From Candidatus Methylomirabilia bacterium (GTDB lineage Bacteria > Methylomirabilota > Methylomirabilia > Rokubacteriales > CSP1-6), in assembly GCA_041492755.1 (NCBI GenBank), contig JBGPXN010000042.1, positions 1 through 31,304 of the forward strand: a stretch of DNA of 31,304 bases, in the 5' to 3' direction. The notes below the pieces were generated by a model. The model was given only the letters and a program-made list of their open reading frames with translations, had not been told where the DNA came from and searched no databases. The position numbers and the translations under genes are program-made. Of this stretch, positions 1 to 9,439 are shown in pieces. Every line of letters begins with the position of its first letter. The first letter of the stretch is position 1.

Positions 1-2
1 AG

Positions 3-815
<813 letters not shown>

Positions 816-951
816 GAACCGCGCACGTAACTGATCGGGGGGCGGCGCGCGAACGGCGTTGCCATTGAGCCGAGGGGGGCCGACCCCCCTCGGACTCCCC
901 CGGCAGTCAACCGTGGTTGAACTGCAGTTCTGCTCACGCGATGCGTGGGCG

Positions 952-988
952 ACGGCTCGGGTCGGAGACGGCCCGGGCCGTATCTTTT
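952..988 (+). terminator. Probable intrinsic terminator downstream of groEL
   Basis: Stem ACGGCTCGGGTCG / CGGCCCGGGCCGT (with G-U pairs), GAGA loop, then ATCTTTT. Confidence 0.6.
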
Positions 989-1002
989 GTTGGGCATTGA
1001 CG

Positions 1003-1031
1003 TTGCCGGTGGTGGGGTTGTTTGGTAGGGT
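1003..1031 (+). promoter_or_regulatory. Candidate sigma70 promoter of the rpsF operon
   Basis: TTGCCG (1003-1008), 17 nt, TAGGGT (1026-1031), preceded by an extended -10 TGn. Confidence 0.45.
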
Positions 1032-1067
1032 AACGGTGCTCAATTCAGTCCCCGAGGTCCTGAGGAG

Positions 1068-1421
1068 GTGAGAGGTCTGCGGCCATACGAAATTCTCGTG
1101 ATCATCGACCCCCGGCCGTCCGATGAGGAAGTCGTCACGCTGCTGACGCAGCTGGGCGAGCAGCTCAAGGCGCTGGGCGCCGAGGTCACCAAGTCCGAGA
1201 ACTGGGGGAAGCGCCGGCTGACGTACGACATACGCAAGCAGCGTGAGGGGACGTACGCGGTCTTCGAGGTGTCCGCCGAGCCGTCCACGATCAAGGAGTT
1301 CGAGCGGCAGCTGCGGCTCAACGAGACCGTGCTGCGCTTCCTGTCCGCGCGCATCCCTGTCCGCAAGAAGGCTCGGCCGGCGAAAACCCCTGAACCTCAG
1401 CAGCTCGAGGAGGTCGGTTGA
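1068..1421 (+). CDS. rpsF: 30S ribosomal protein S6 (start GTG 1068 or, more likely, CTG 1077)
   Basis: RPYEILVIIDP, ENWGKRRLTYDIRKQREGTY and LRLNETVLRF. Synteny with ssb-rpsR-rplI-dnaB. Confidence 0.97.
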   Translation: MRGLRPYEILVIIDPRPSDEEVVTLLTQLGEQLKALGAEVTKSENWGKRRLTYDIRKQREGTYAVFEVSAEPSTIKEFERQLRLNETVLRFLSARIPVRKKARPAKTPEPQQLEEVG

Positions 1422-1834
1422 TGGCGAGCCTCAACAAGGTTTTCCTGATCGGCAACCTGACGCGGCCACCGGAGCTTCGGTACACGCCGAGCGGTACCGC
1501 CGTCGCGGACCTGCGGCTGGCCGTGAATCGGAACTACACCACGCAGAGCGGCGAGAAACGCGAGGAAGCGTGCTTCTTGAACGTCGTGGTGTGGGGCAAG
1601 CAGGCGGAGGCGTGCGGGGAGTATCTCGACAAGGGCAGTCCGATCATGATCGAGGGCCGTCTGCAAACGCGGGAGTGGGAAGGCAAGGACGGCCAGAAGC
1701 GGTCGGTCGTCGAAGTGGTGGCCGAGCGCGTGCAGTTCATGGGCCGCGGTAAGGCGGCCGCGCCGGCGGCGGTGCCGGCGGGTGAGTCGTTCTCGGACGA
1801 TGCCCCGCCGGCAGATGACGACGTCCCGTTCTAG
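1421..1834 (+). CDS. ssb: Single-stranded DNA-binding protein
   Basis: MASLNKVFLIGNLTRPPELRYTPSG N-terminus, acidic DDDVPF tail, TGATG overlap with rpsF. Confidence 0.98.
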   Translation: MASLNKVFLIGNLTRPPELRYTPSGTAVADLRLAVNRNYTTQSGEKREEACFLNVVVWGKQAEACGEYLDKGSPIMIEGRLQTREWEGKDGQKRSVVEVVAERVQFMGRGKAAAPAAVPAGESFSDDAPPADDDVPF

Positions 1835-1877
1835 CAACTAGCGGGGAGGACGAGCGATTCCGACACCTCAGAAGCCC

Positions 1878-2105
1878 ATGAAGCGCCGCCGGTTCGGCCG
1901 GCGGAAGATCTGCAAGTTCTGCGCGGACAAGGTCGCTTCCGCCGATTACAAGGATGTCCGCCGGCTCCGTAGCTTCGTGAGCGAGCGCGGCAAGATCATC
2001 CCGCGCCGCATCTCCGGAAGTTGCGCCCGGCATCAGCGGCAGCTCACGCACGCCATCAAGCGCGCGCGGACGGTGGCCCTCGTGCCGTACATGGCGGTCG
2101 ACTAG
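1878..2105 (+). CDS. rpsR: 30S ribosomal protein S18, zinc-binding (C+) form; possible upstream ATT start at 1857
   Basis: CKFC...[42 protein letters not shown]. Confidence 0.97.
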   Translation: MKRRRFGRRKICKFCADKVASADYKDVRRLRSFVSERGKIIPRRISGSCARHQRQLTHAIKRARTVALVPYMAVD

Positions 2106-2113
2106 GTCGCGCC

Positions 2114-2557
2114 ATGAAGATCATCCTGCTCGACGACGTCGCCAAGGTGGGCCGGCGTGGTGAAGTGCGTGACGTGGCCGACGGCTACGCGCGGAACTTC
2201 CTCATCCCCCGGAAGCTCGCGCTGGTGGCGACCGCCGGTAACCTGACCAACCTCGATCAGATCAAGAAGCAGCAGGAAGCGAAGGCATCCCGGGTCAAGA
2301 GCGACGCCGAAGGTCTGCGGGGCCGCCTCGAGGGCCTCGTGTACGAAGAGCGACGCCAGGCATCGGAAGAGGGCAAGCTGTTCGGTTCGGTGACGAGCCA
2401 GCAGATCGCCGAGTTCCTCGAAACTCGAGGTCTCAAGATCGACCGCCGCCGTATCGTCCTCGACGAGCCGATCAAGGCGCTCGGCGAAACCTCCGTTCCC
2501 ATCCGACTTCACCAGGACGTCACGGCTCAGCTTCGCGTCAACGTCGTCCGCGAGTAG
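2114..2557 (+). CDS. rplI: 50S ribosomal protein L9
   Basis: MKIILLDDVAKVGRRGEVRDVADGYARNFLIP, GKLFGSVT and PIKALG. Confidence 0.98.
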   Translation: MKIILLDDVAKVGRRGEVRDVADGYARNFLIPRKLALVATAGNLTNLDQIKKQQEAKASRVKSDAEGLRGRLEGLVYEERRQASEEGKLFGSVTSQQIAEFLETRGLKIDRRRIVLDEPIKALGETSVPIRLHQDVTAQLRVNVVRE

Positions 2558-2576
2558 CGCGCGGCGCGCGCGACCT

Positions 2577-2616
2577 TCGACCCTCGAGGATCTTGGTCCT
2601 CGGGGGTCGATTTTTT
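2577..2616 (+). terminator. Intrinsic terminator of rpsF-ssb-rpsR-rplI
   Basis: 14-bp stem TCGACCCTCGAGGA / TCCTCGGGGGTCGA followed by T6. Confidence 0.85.
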
Positions 2617-2688
2617 ATCCACGCTTCATCCCCGTTGCGTCCACCGATTTGTGGGGGCTGTCCACGTGATATCCACGGGGTGTCCACA
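2615..2688. promoter_or_regulatory. DnaA-box-like cluster upstream of dnaB
   Basis: Seven TTATCCACA-like 9-mers at 2615, 2626, 2637, 2650 (reverse), 2658, 2669 and 2680, forming two 11-bp-phased triplets. Confidence 0.65.
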
Positions 2689-2774
2689 AAAACAGACGTA
2701 CGAACGAATTTAATTGACGATTCGTGGGCCCGCGCGAAAGGATCATCGCGGATGCTTCGCGGGGACTTGCGCTC

Positions 2775-4136
2775 ATGAGCCGTCTGGAAGTCGTGGCGAG
2801 GGTTCCCCCGCAGAACCTGGACGCCGAGCGCGCCGTCCTCGGGGCCATCCTGCTCGAGGGTCGCGAGACCCTCCCCCGGGTCATCGAAGCTCTGCAGCCG
2901 ACCGACTTCTACACGGAAGCCCACCGCGTCATCTACGACACGATGCTGACCCTGTTCGACCGGGGCCAGCCCGTCGACCTGATCACCCTCAGCGAGGAGT
3001 TGCGGCGCAGCGAGCGCTTGCAGTTCGCGGGTGGGCCGGGGGCGCTCGCCCTGCTCGTGGAGCAGGCCTCGATCGCCGCGCACCTGACGAGCTACTCCAC
3101 GCTGGTGCGAGACCACGCCGTGCTGCGCGAGCTCATCCAGGCCGGCACGCACATGATCGAGGAGGCGTTCGAGGCCCGCGACGACGTGCAGACGATCGTC
3201 GACCGCGCCGAGCAACGCATCTTCGGCCTCGCCGAGCGCCGTCTCCAGGGCAATGCGATCCCGGTCAAGAGCATCCTGACCGACACCTTCAAGTACATCG
3301 AGACGCTCTACGAGCGGAAGGAGCACGTCACTGGTGTAGCCACCGGTCTGACGAAGCTCGATGAAATGACCGCCGGCTTGCAGCCCTCCGATCTCATCCT
3401 CATCGCCGGCCGACCCAGCATGGGCAAGACCGCGTTCGCGCTGTCCATCGCGCAGCACGTGGGCATCACGCTGCGTGGGAAGGTGCTCGTCCTCAGCCTC
3501 GAAATGTCGTCCCAACAGCTCGTCCAGCGCATGCTGTCGTCCGAAGGGAAGGTCGATTCGCTCGCCGTCCGCACCGGTCGCCTGCAGGCCGCCGACTGGC
3601 ACCGCCTGACCGCCGCGGCCGGGCGTCTCAGCGACGCGCCGATCTTCATCGACGACAGTCCCGGCCTCACCGTGCTCGACGTCCGCGCCAAGGCGCGCCG
3701 GATGAAGGCGGAGCACGGCCTGGACCTCGTCGTCATCGACTACCTCCAGCTCATGCGCGGACGCGCCTCGCTCGACAATCGGCAACAGGAAATCTCGGAG
3801 ATCTCGCGCTCGCTCAAGGCGCTGGCCAAGGAGCTCAACGTCCCGGTCGTCGCGCTGTCGCAGCTTTCGCGCGCGATCGAAACGCGGGGTGACAACACGC
3901 CGCGTCTGTCCGATCTTCGCGAAAGTGGAGCCCTCGAGCAGGACGCGGACGTGATCATGTTCCTCCATCGGCCGTCCTTCTATTCCAAGGACCCGCCGGA
4001 GGAGACGCGGAAGACGGCCGAGGTGCATATCGGTAAGCAGCGGAACGGCCCCACCGGCAGGCTCGAGGTTTCATTCCTCTCCCAGTACGCCCGCTTCGAG
4101 AACCTCGCCGGCGACCGCGAGTACCAGCCCTTCTAG
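2775..4136 (+). CDS. dnaB: Replicative DNA helicase DnaB
   Basis: PPQNLDAERAVLGAIL, AGRPSMGKT (Walker A), IDYLQLM, LSQLSR, DLRESGALEQDAD and KQRNGPTG. No intein. Confidence 0.98.
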   Translation: MSRLEVVARVPPQNLDAERAVLGAILLEGRETLPRVIEALQPTDFYTEAHRVIYDTMLTLFDRGQPVDLITLSEELRRSERLQFAGGPGALALLVEQASIAAHLTSYSTLVRDHAVLRELIQAGTHMIEEAFEARDDVQTIVDRAEQRIFGLAERRLQGNAIPVKSILTDTFKYIETLYERKEHVTGVATGLTKLDEMTAGLQPSDLILIAGRPSMGKTAFALSIAQHVGITLRGKVLVLSLEMSSQQLVQRMLSSEGKVDSLAVRTGRLQAADWHRLTAAAGRLSDAPIFIDDSPGLTVLDVRAKARRMKAEHGLDLVVIDYLQLMRGRASLDNRQQEISEISRSLKALAKELNVPVVALSQLSRAIETRGDNTPRLSDLRESGALEQDADVIMFLHRPSFYSKDPPEETRKTAEVHIGKQRNGPTGRLEVSFLSQYARFENLAGDREYQPF

Positions 4137-4328
4137 CAATCGCGCTGCGATGTTGGCCGTGCGTTGCCGTGTGGGCACCAACGGCCTTCCGTCCCAATCC
4201 GCGCCGGTAAGCGGGTGTCTGCAAGAAGCCGCGGGTACACGAAGTCGGTGGGACGCGCGGTGGATTACTCGTGAGAAACCGCGGGCCGGCGGCACCGCGG
4301 CAGTTCCGCGGTCGACGCGGGGAGGGAC

Positions 4329-4517
4329 GTGGATGAGTGGGGCTTGCGGATGCGCGAGCTGGTCGCGGCACGCGTTGAGCTCGGCGGCGTCGATTGCGGC
4401 AAGCCGTGCTGTCCCGAATGCGCGGTCGCTCTGGAGTCGGTGAGCTGCGCGTCCTGCGCGAGGACCCTGCTCGGCGCGGCCAACGTGCCGGCGAACGAGC
4501 CGTTCGATCTGCATTGA
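4329..4517 (+). pseudogene. Small Cys-rich (zinc-finger-like) protein, probably frameshifted
   Basis: GGAGG SD at 4321. The ATG 4333 frame gives MSGACGCASWSRH. A different frame continues VELGGVDCGKPCCPECAVALESVSCASCARTLLG to TGA 4517. Confidence 0.45.
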
Positions 4518-4812
4518 CGGAAGTCATGACGCCGACGTCCGAGCGTCGGATCGACGACTCGCACGACGCCGACCGCGCCTGAGGTGAGCATCGCCGGGGC
4601 GGCGCCGCCGGTCTGCCCGGCCGCCGCCCGGCGCGCTTGACGCGCTGCCCCTCCTGACGCGCGCGTTTTCGGCGCCGTCGCGCGTTTGGGACCCTTCCCA
4701 GGCGGCGGATTGCCCTGGCCGGGCCCGTGGCCGACATCGGCGCTGGTGTGCCGATACGGCGCGACCGCGGCAGTTGTTTTTTCCCCGGGGGTGGCCGGGT
4801 ATCATTGGCCCC

Positions 4813-6636
4813 GTGCGCCTGCACCGGCTGAAGCGGCTCTTCGTCGGCTCGCCGCTGCCGACTGCGCAGTCCCGTCATGAGCGGCTGGGCAAAGCGACCG
4901 CGCTCGCCGTGTTCGCCTCCGATGCGCTGTCTTCGGTGGCGTACGCGACGGAGGCGATCCTGCTGCAACTCATCCACGCGGGCACGATGGCCCTCAGTTA
5001 CTCGCTGCCCATCGGATTCGCCATCGCGGTGCTCATCGCCATCGTCGTCAGCTCGTACCAGCAGACGATTCGCGCCTATCCCCAGGGTGGCGGCGCCTAC
5101 ATCGTCACCAAGGACAATCTCGGCGTGCTGCCCGGCCTCGTCGCCGGCGCCGCCCTGCTCATCGACTACGTCCTGACCGTCGCCGTCAGCGTGGCCGCGG
5201 GCGTGGTGGCGATGACCTCGGCCGTGCCCGCGCTCATCCCGTATCGGGTGATCTTGTGCGTGGCGGCGGTGGCCGCGATCGGGACCGCCAACCTGCGCGG
5301 AATCCGGGAATCGGGGAAGCTGTTCGCGCTGCCCACCTATCTCTTCATCGGCAGCCTCGGCGTCCTGATCCTGTATGGCGCCGCCGGGGCCATCTTCGAC
5401 TTCCTGCCGGAAGCGCCGTATCAGCAGCACGCGCCCGGTCTCGAGGGCATCAGCCTCTTCCTGTTGCTCAAGGCGTTCGCCAACGGGTGTACCGCACTGA
5501 CCGGCGTGGAGGCGGTCTCGGACGGGGTTCCCGCGTTCACGCCGCCGGAATCGCAGAACGCGCGCATCGTCCTGGCCTGGCTCGGGGTCATCCTGATCAC
5601 GCTGTTCGTCGGCATCACCTATCTCGCCTACGATTTCGGAATCGTCCCCCGCCCCGAGGAAAGCGTGCTCTCCCAGCTCGCGCAACGGGTGTTCGGCCGC
5701 GGCGTCCTGTACTACGAGATCCAGGCGGTGACGATGCTGATCCTCCTCCTCGCCGCCAACACGTCGTTCGCGGATTTTCCGCGCCTGTCGTTCTTCCTGG
5801 CCCGGGACCGGTTCATCCCGCGGCAGTTCGCCACCCAGGGCGACCGGCTCGTCTTCTCCAACGGAATCGCGATCCTCGGTGGCCTCGCCGTCGCGCTGCT
5901 GGTCGTGTTCCGGGGCGATACCTACGCCTTGCTGCCGCTCTACGCCGTCGGCGTCTTCCTGTCGTTCACGCTGTCCCAGGCGAGCATGGTGCGACGCTGG
6001 CTGACGCTTCGCGAGCGCGGCTGGTACTGGCGGGCGGCGCTCAACGGGGTGGGGGCCGTCGTGACCGGGATCGTGATGCTCACCCTCGCCGTCACGAAGT
6101 TCACCGAGGGGGCCTGGATCGTCATCGTTCTGATTCCGGTCTTCGTGACCGTGTTCATCATGATCCACCGCCACTACGAAGAGGTGGCCCAGCAGCTCTC
6201 GCTGGAGGGCTTCACGCCGCCGGCGGCGATCACCAATAGCGTCCTCGTCCTCGTGGGGGATCTGCACCGCGGGGTGGTGAAGGCCGTGCAGTACGCGCAG
6301 TCTCTGTCGCCGGCCGCCAAGGCGGTCTACGTGGAGACGGATCCGGAGCGGACGCACCGTCTCGAGAGCCGCTGGTCGCAGTGGGGAATGGGCGTTCCCC
6401 TCATCGTACTGACGTCACCGTATCGCTCGCTGCTCGGTCCGCTCGTCGACTACATCGACCATCTGCAAGAGACGGGCGGCGAAAACCAGATCGTCACGAT
6501 CGTGGTGCCGGAGTTCATCCCGGCCCGCTGGTGGCAGCAGCTCCTGCACAACCAGACGGCCCTGCTCATCAAGGGCGCGCTGCTCTTCCACCGTAACGTC
6601 GTCGTCACGGACGTTCCTCACCACCTCAAGCATTAG
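4813..6636 (+). CDS. APC-superfamily permease, KimA/YdaO-like K+/H+ symporter
   Basis: LKRLFVGSPL..., ASDALSSVAYATE, YPQGGGAY, GCTALTGVEAVS, LLPLYAVGVF and C-terminal LLHNQTA. About 12 hydrophobic segments plus a cytoplasmic domain. Confidence 0.9.
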   Translation: MRLHRLKRLFVGSPLPTAQSRHERLGKATALAVFASDALSSVAYATEAILLQLIHAGTMALSYSLPIGFAIAVLIAIVVSSYQQTIRAYPQGGGAYIVTKDNLGVLPGLVAGAALLIDYVLTVAVSVAAGVVAMTSAVPALIPYRVILCVAAVAAIGTANLRGIRESGKLFALPTYLFIGSLGVLILYGAAGAIFDFLPEAPYQQHAPGLEGISLFLLLKAFANGCTALTGVEAVSDGVPAFTPPESQNARIVLAWLGVILITLFVGITYLAYDFGIVPRPEESVLSQLAQRVFGRGVLYYEIQAVTMLILLLAANTSFADFPRLSFFLARDRFIPRQFATQGDRLVFSNGIAILGGLAVALLVVFRGDTYALLPLYAVGVFLSFTLSQASMVRRWLTLRERGWYWRAALNGVGAVVTGIVMLTLAVTKFTEGAWIVIVLIPVFVTVFIMIHRHYEEVAQQLSLEGFTPPAAITNSVLVLVGDLHRGVVKAVQYAQSLSPAAKAVYVETDPERTHRLESRWSQWGMGVPLIVLTSPYRSLLGPLVDYIDHLQETGGENQIVTIVVPEFIPARWWQQLLHNQTALLIKGALLFHRNVVVTDVPHHLKH

Positions 6637-6640
6637 GGAC

Positions 6641-6718
6641 GTGGGGGGCCCCGAAAAGGCCCCCCACACCCCCCAACGCTCGGGGCGCCCCGGCGAAGCC
6701 GGGGTGCCCCTCGACATC
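6641..6718 (+). repeat. REP-like double-hairpin repeat, intact copy
   Basis: GGGGGGCCCCGAAAAGGCCCCCC-ACACCCCCCAACGCTC-GGGGCGCCCCGGCGAAGCCGGGGTGCCCC-TCGACATC. Homologs at 12743/14261, 19604 and 26804. Confidence 0.85.
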
Positions 6719-6780
6719 GCGCGACGCTTGGCGCCGCCCCGGCGCGCGCATCGTTCTCCGTCTGGTACACTTGATGGCCC

Positions 6781-7701
6781 GTGAACCTCACCCTCGGAGT
6801 CGATGGTCCGCTCGACGTCGCCGTCACCCTCGCTCGGTACCGCATCTGGGGTGAAGATCCCGCGAACCGGCTGGACGAGGGCGTCTTCCGCCGTGTGCTA
6901 CGGATCGACGGCCGGCGGCTGCCCTACGAGGTCCGCTGGGAGGGCGGCGTCGACGACGCCCGACTTCAGATCTCGATCCCGGGTGGGCGTGGCGATCGGA
7001 TGGCGGCGAGCGTGAACCACGAGGTGCGGCGGATCTTCGGTCTGGACTTCGACCTACCGGGCTTCTACCGCATGGCCAAGGCCGATCCCGCGCTCGGGCC
7101 CCTCGTCGAGCCGCTCTATGGCCTGCGCCCGACGCTCTCACCCGATCCCTTCGAGATGCTGGTCGGGGCCATCATCGCCCAGCAGGTGAACCTGACCTTC
7201 GCCTTCACGCTTCGCGCCCGGCTCGTGCGTCGTTACGGTGTGGCCGCGACCATCGGCCGCGCCCTGGTCTACGCCTTTCCCGAGCCGTCGGCGCTGGCGC
7301 AAGCGCCGGTGGCGGTGCTGCGTGAGATGCAATTCTCCGAGCGCAAGGCGGAATACGTCCGCGGGCTGGCCCAGGCGGCGGCGGCGGGCGGCTTCGACTT
7401 CACGACGATGGCCGCCGCCGACAGCGCCGCGACGATCGAGCGGCTGACGGCGCTCCGCGGACTGGGCCGCTGGACGGCGGACTGGTTTCTCGCGCGCTGT
7501 CTGGGCCGCGGCGACGTCTGTGCCGCCGGCGATCTCGCCGTCGGGAAGGCCTTCCACCATTATTATGGACGCAGACGCCCACTGAGCGAGGACGCCATCC
7601 GGCGGCGCGCCGCCGCGTGGGGCACGTATCAGAACCTTGCAGTCCACTACCTGCTCGCCGGCATGCGCCGGGGACGGTCGGCAGCCGGGGGAGGCACATG
7701 A
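6781..7701 (+). CDS. alkA: AlkA-family DNA-3-methyladenine glycosylase II (HhH-GPD)
   Basis: DPFEMLVGAIIAQQVN, YAFPEP, HhH motif LTALRGLGRWTADW, AGDLAV. Confidence 0.88.
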   Translation: MNLTLGVDGPLDVAVTLARYRIWGEDPANRLDEGVFRRVLRIDGRRLPYEVRWEGGVDDARLQISIPGGRGDRMAASVNHEVRRIFGLDFDLPGFYRMAKADPALGPLVEPLYGLRPTLSPDPFEMLVGAIIAQQVNLTFAFTLRARLVRRYGVAATIGRALVYAFPEPSALAQAPVAVLREMQFSERKAEYVRGLAQAAAAGGFDFTTMAAADSAATIERLTALRGLGRWTADWFLARCLGRGDVCAAGDLAVGKAFHHYYGRRRPLSEDAIRRRAAAWGTYQNLAVHYLLAGMRRGRSAAGGGT

Positions 7702-8024
7702 ACAAGAAGCTGACGCTCCCCATCGTTGGTCAGCCCGATCCGAACGTGCCGTCCGATGTCCATCTCGTCGGACGCTACGCGGTCGGCGTGACGTGGGCCG
7801 ACAATCACGGGAGCATCTATCCGTTCGATCGGCTGCGCACGGATTGCCCGTGCGGACTCTGCGAGGGTCTCGTGAGCATGACCCCGCAAATGATCTGGCC
7901 GCGCGCGATCAACCGCACACCGGGGGGCCTGCGCGTGGAGTGGACGGACAATCACGAGAGCCTCTATCCGTATCCCGAGCTGCGTGCCGGGTGTAAGTGC
8001 GCCGGCTGTACGGGCGGGCATTGA
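7698..8024 (+). CDS. Tandem DUF971 (GBBH-N-like) zinc-binding protein
   Basis: GGAGG SD and ATGA overlap. Two copies of W.DNH.S.YP...LR..C.C..C. Confidence 0.8.
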   Translation: MNKKLTLPIVGQPDPNVPSDVHLVGRYAVGVTWADNHGSIYPFDRLRTDCPCGLCEGLVSMTPQMIWPRAINRTPGGLRVEWTDNHESLYPYPELRAGCKCAGCTGGH

Positions 8025-9436
8025 TGGAGGAACGGGACAAGCGCCGCGTCCTCGCCGGGGTCATGCTGTCGATCTTCCTGGCCGCCATGGAATCGACGGT
8101 GGTGGCCACCGCGATGCCGAAGGTGGTGACGAGCCTCGGCGGGCTGCAGATCTACTCGTGGGTGTTCTCGGGCTTCCTCCTCACGTCCACCGTCACGATG
8201 CCGCTCTGGGGGCGGCTGTCCGATCTCTTCGGCCGTCGTCCCATGTTCCTGCTCGGGCTCGGCATTTTCCTGGTGGGCTCCGCGTTGTCGGGGCTGTCGC
8301 GCAACATGGTCGAGCTCATCGCGTTCCGCATGCTCCAGGGGCTGGGCGCCGGGTCGCTCATGACCACCGGCATGACGATCGTCGGCGACATCTTCACGAT
8401 CGAGCGGCGGGCCAAGAGCCAGGGCTACCTGTCGGGCGTGTGGGGTATCGCCTCGCTGGTGGGGCCGCTGCTGGGCGGCTTCCTCACCGACCACGTGTCG
8501 TGGCGGTGGGTCTTCTACATCAACGTGCCGTTCGGTGCCCTCGCCATGTTCCTCATCGGCACCTCGCTGCACGAGGATGCCGCCCGCCGGCGCACGCCGG
8601 TGATCGACTACGCGGGGCTCGTCCTCTTCGCCATCGGCGTCTCCACGTTGTTGCTCGCGGCGGTGGAGGCCGGCCGCGCCGGTGCGTGGACGGGGCTCGA
8701 CGTCACCGGTCCGGCCGTCGTCAGCGTGGTGGCGCTGGCGGCGTTCGTGGCGGTGGAGCGGCGGGCCCGCGAGCCGATCGTGCCGCTCGGCCTCTTCACC
8801 AACCGGATGGTCCTGGCTGCCGTGCTCACGGGATTCTTCTCGGGGATGGCGATGTTCGGCGCGATCTCCTTCGTCCCGTTGTTCCTGCAAGCCGTGACCG
8901 GCACCACCGCGACCGGCGCCGGGATCGTCCTGATCCCGTTCATTCTCGGCTGGGTGCTGCTGTCCATCGTGAGCGCGCGCATGGTGCTGCGGACGGGGTA
9001 CCGGACGCTGGTGCTCACGGGCATGGTGCTGCTCACGGTCGCGTTCATGCTGTTCTCGCGGTGGGGCGAGGGGCTCACATCGCTCGCCGCGATGCGCGAC
9101 GTGTTCATCGCCGGTGTCGGCATGGGGATGACGTTCGTTCCGATGCTGATCGGCGTGCAGAGCGCGGTGCCGCGAAGCGAGCTCGGCGTGGCGACGTCGG
9201 TGACGCAATTCTTTCGCGCGGTGGGCGGCGCCATCGGTCTGTCGCTCATGGGTGCCGTCATGGCCCAGCACTTGCGCGCAGGCTTGCCCATGGAGGTGGC
9301 CCTGCACGGCGCCTTCAAGCTCGGACTCGTCGTCTGCCTTGCTGCGGTCGCGTCGGCGCTGATCGTGCCGGGGGGCCGCGCCCGGGAGCTCGCTCGCGCC
9401 GACATGCGCGGCGAGCCGACGCAGGCGGGAGGCTGA
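8024..9436 (+). CDS. DHA2 (EmrB/QacA-type) MFS efflux transporter
   Basis: FLAAMESTVVATAMP, motif A WGRLSDLFGRR, GPLLGGFLTDHVSWRWVFYINVP. TGATG coupling. Confidence 0.92.
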   Translation: MEERDKRRVLAGVMLSIFLAAMESTVVATAMPKVVTSLGGLQIYSWVFSGFLLTSTVTMPLWGRLSDLFGRRPMFLLGLGIFLVGSALSGLSRNMVELIAFRMLQGLGAGSLMTTGMTIVGDIFTIERRAKSQGYLSGVWGIASLVGPLLGGFLTDHVSWRWVFYINVPFGALAMFLIGTSLHEDAARRRTPVIDYAGLVLFAIGVSTLLLAAVEAGRAGAWTGLDVTGPAVVSVVALAAFVAVERRAREPIVPLGLFTNRMVLAAVLTGFFSGMAMFGAISFVPLFLQAVTGTTATGAGIVLIPFILGWVLLSIVSARMVLRTGYRTLVLTGMVLLTVAFMLFSRWGEGLTSLAAMRDVFIAGVGMGMTFVPMLIGVQSAVPRSELGVATSVTQFFRAVGGAIGLSLMGAVMAQHLRAGLPMEVALHGAFKLGLVVCLAAVASALIVPGGRARELARADMRGEPTQAGG

Positions 9437-9439
9437 GCC

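Noticed and set aside
4140..4812. c-di-AMP (ydaO) riboswitch upstream of the KimA-like gene
   Set aside because: The GCUGAA...GGGGGAACC...GUCAGCUAACC hallmarks are absent and the gene appears leaderless.
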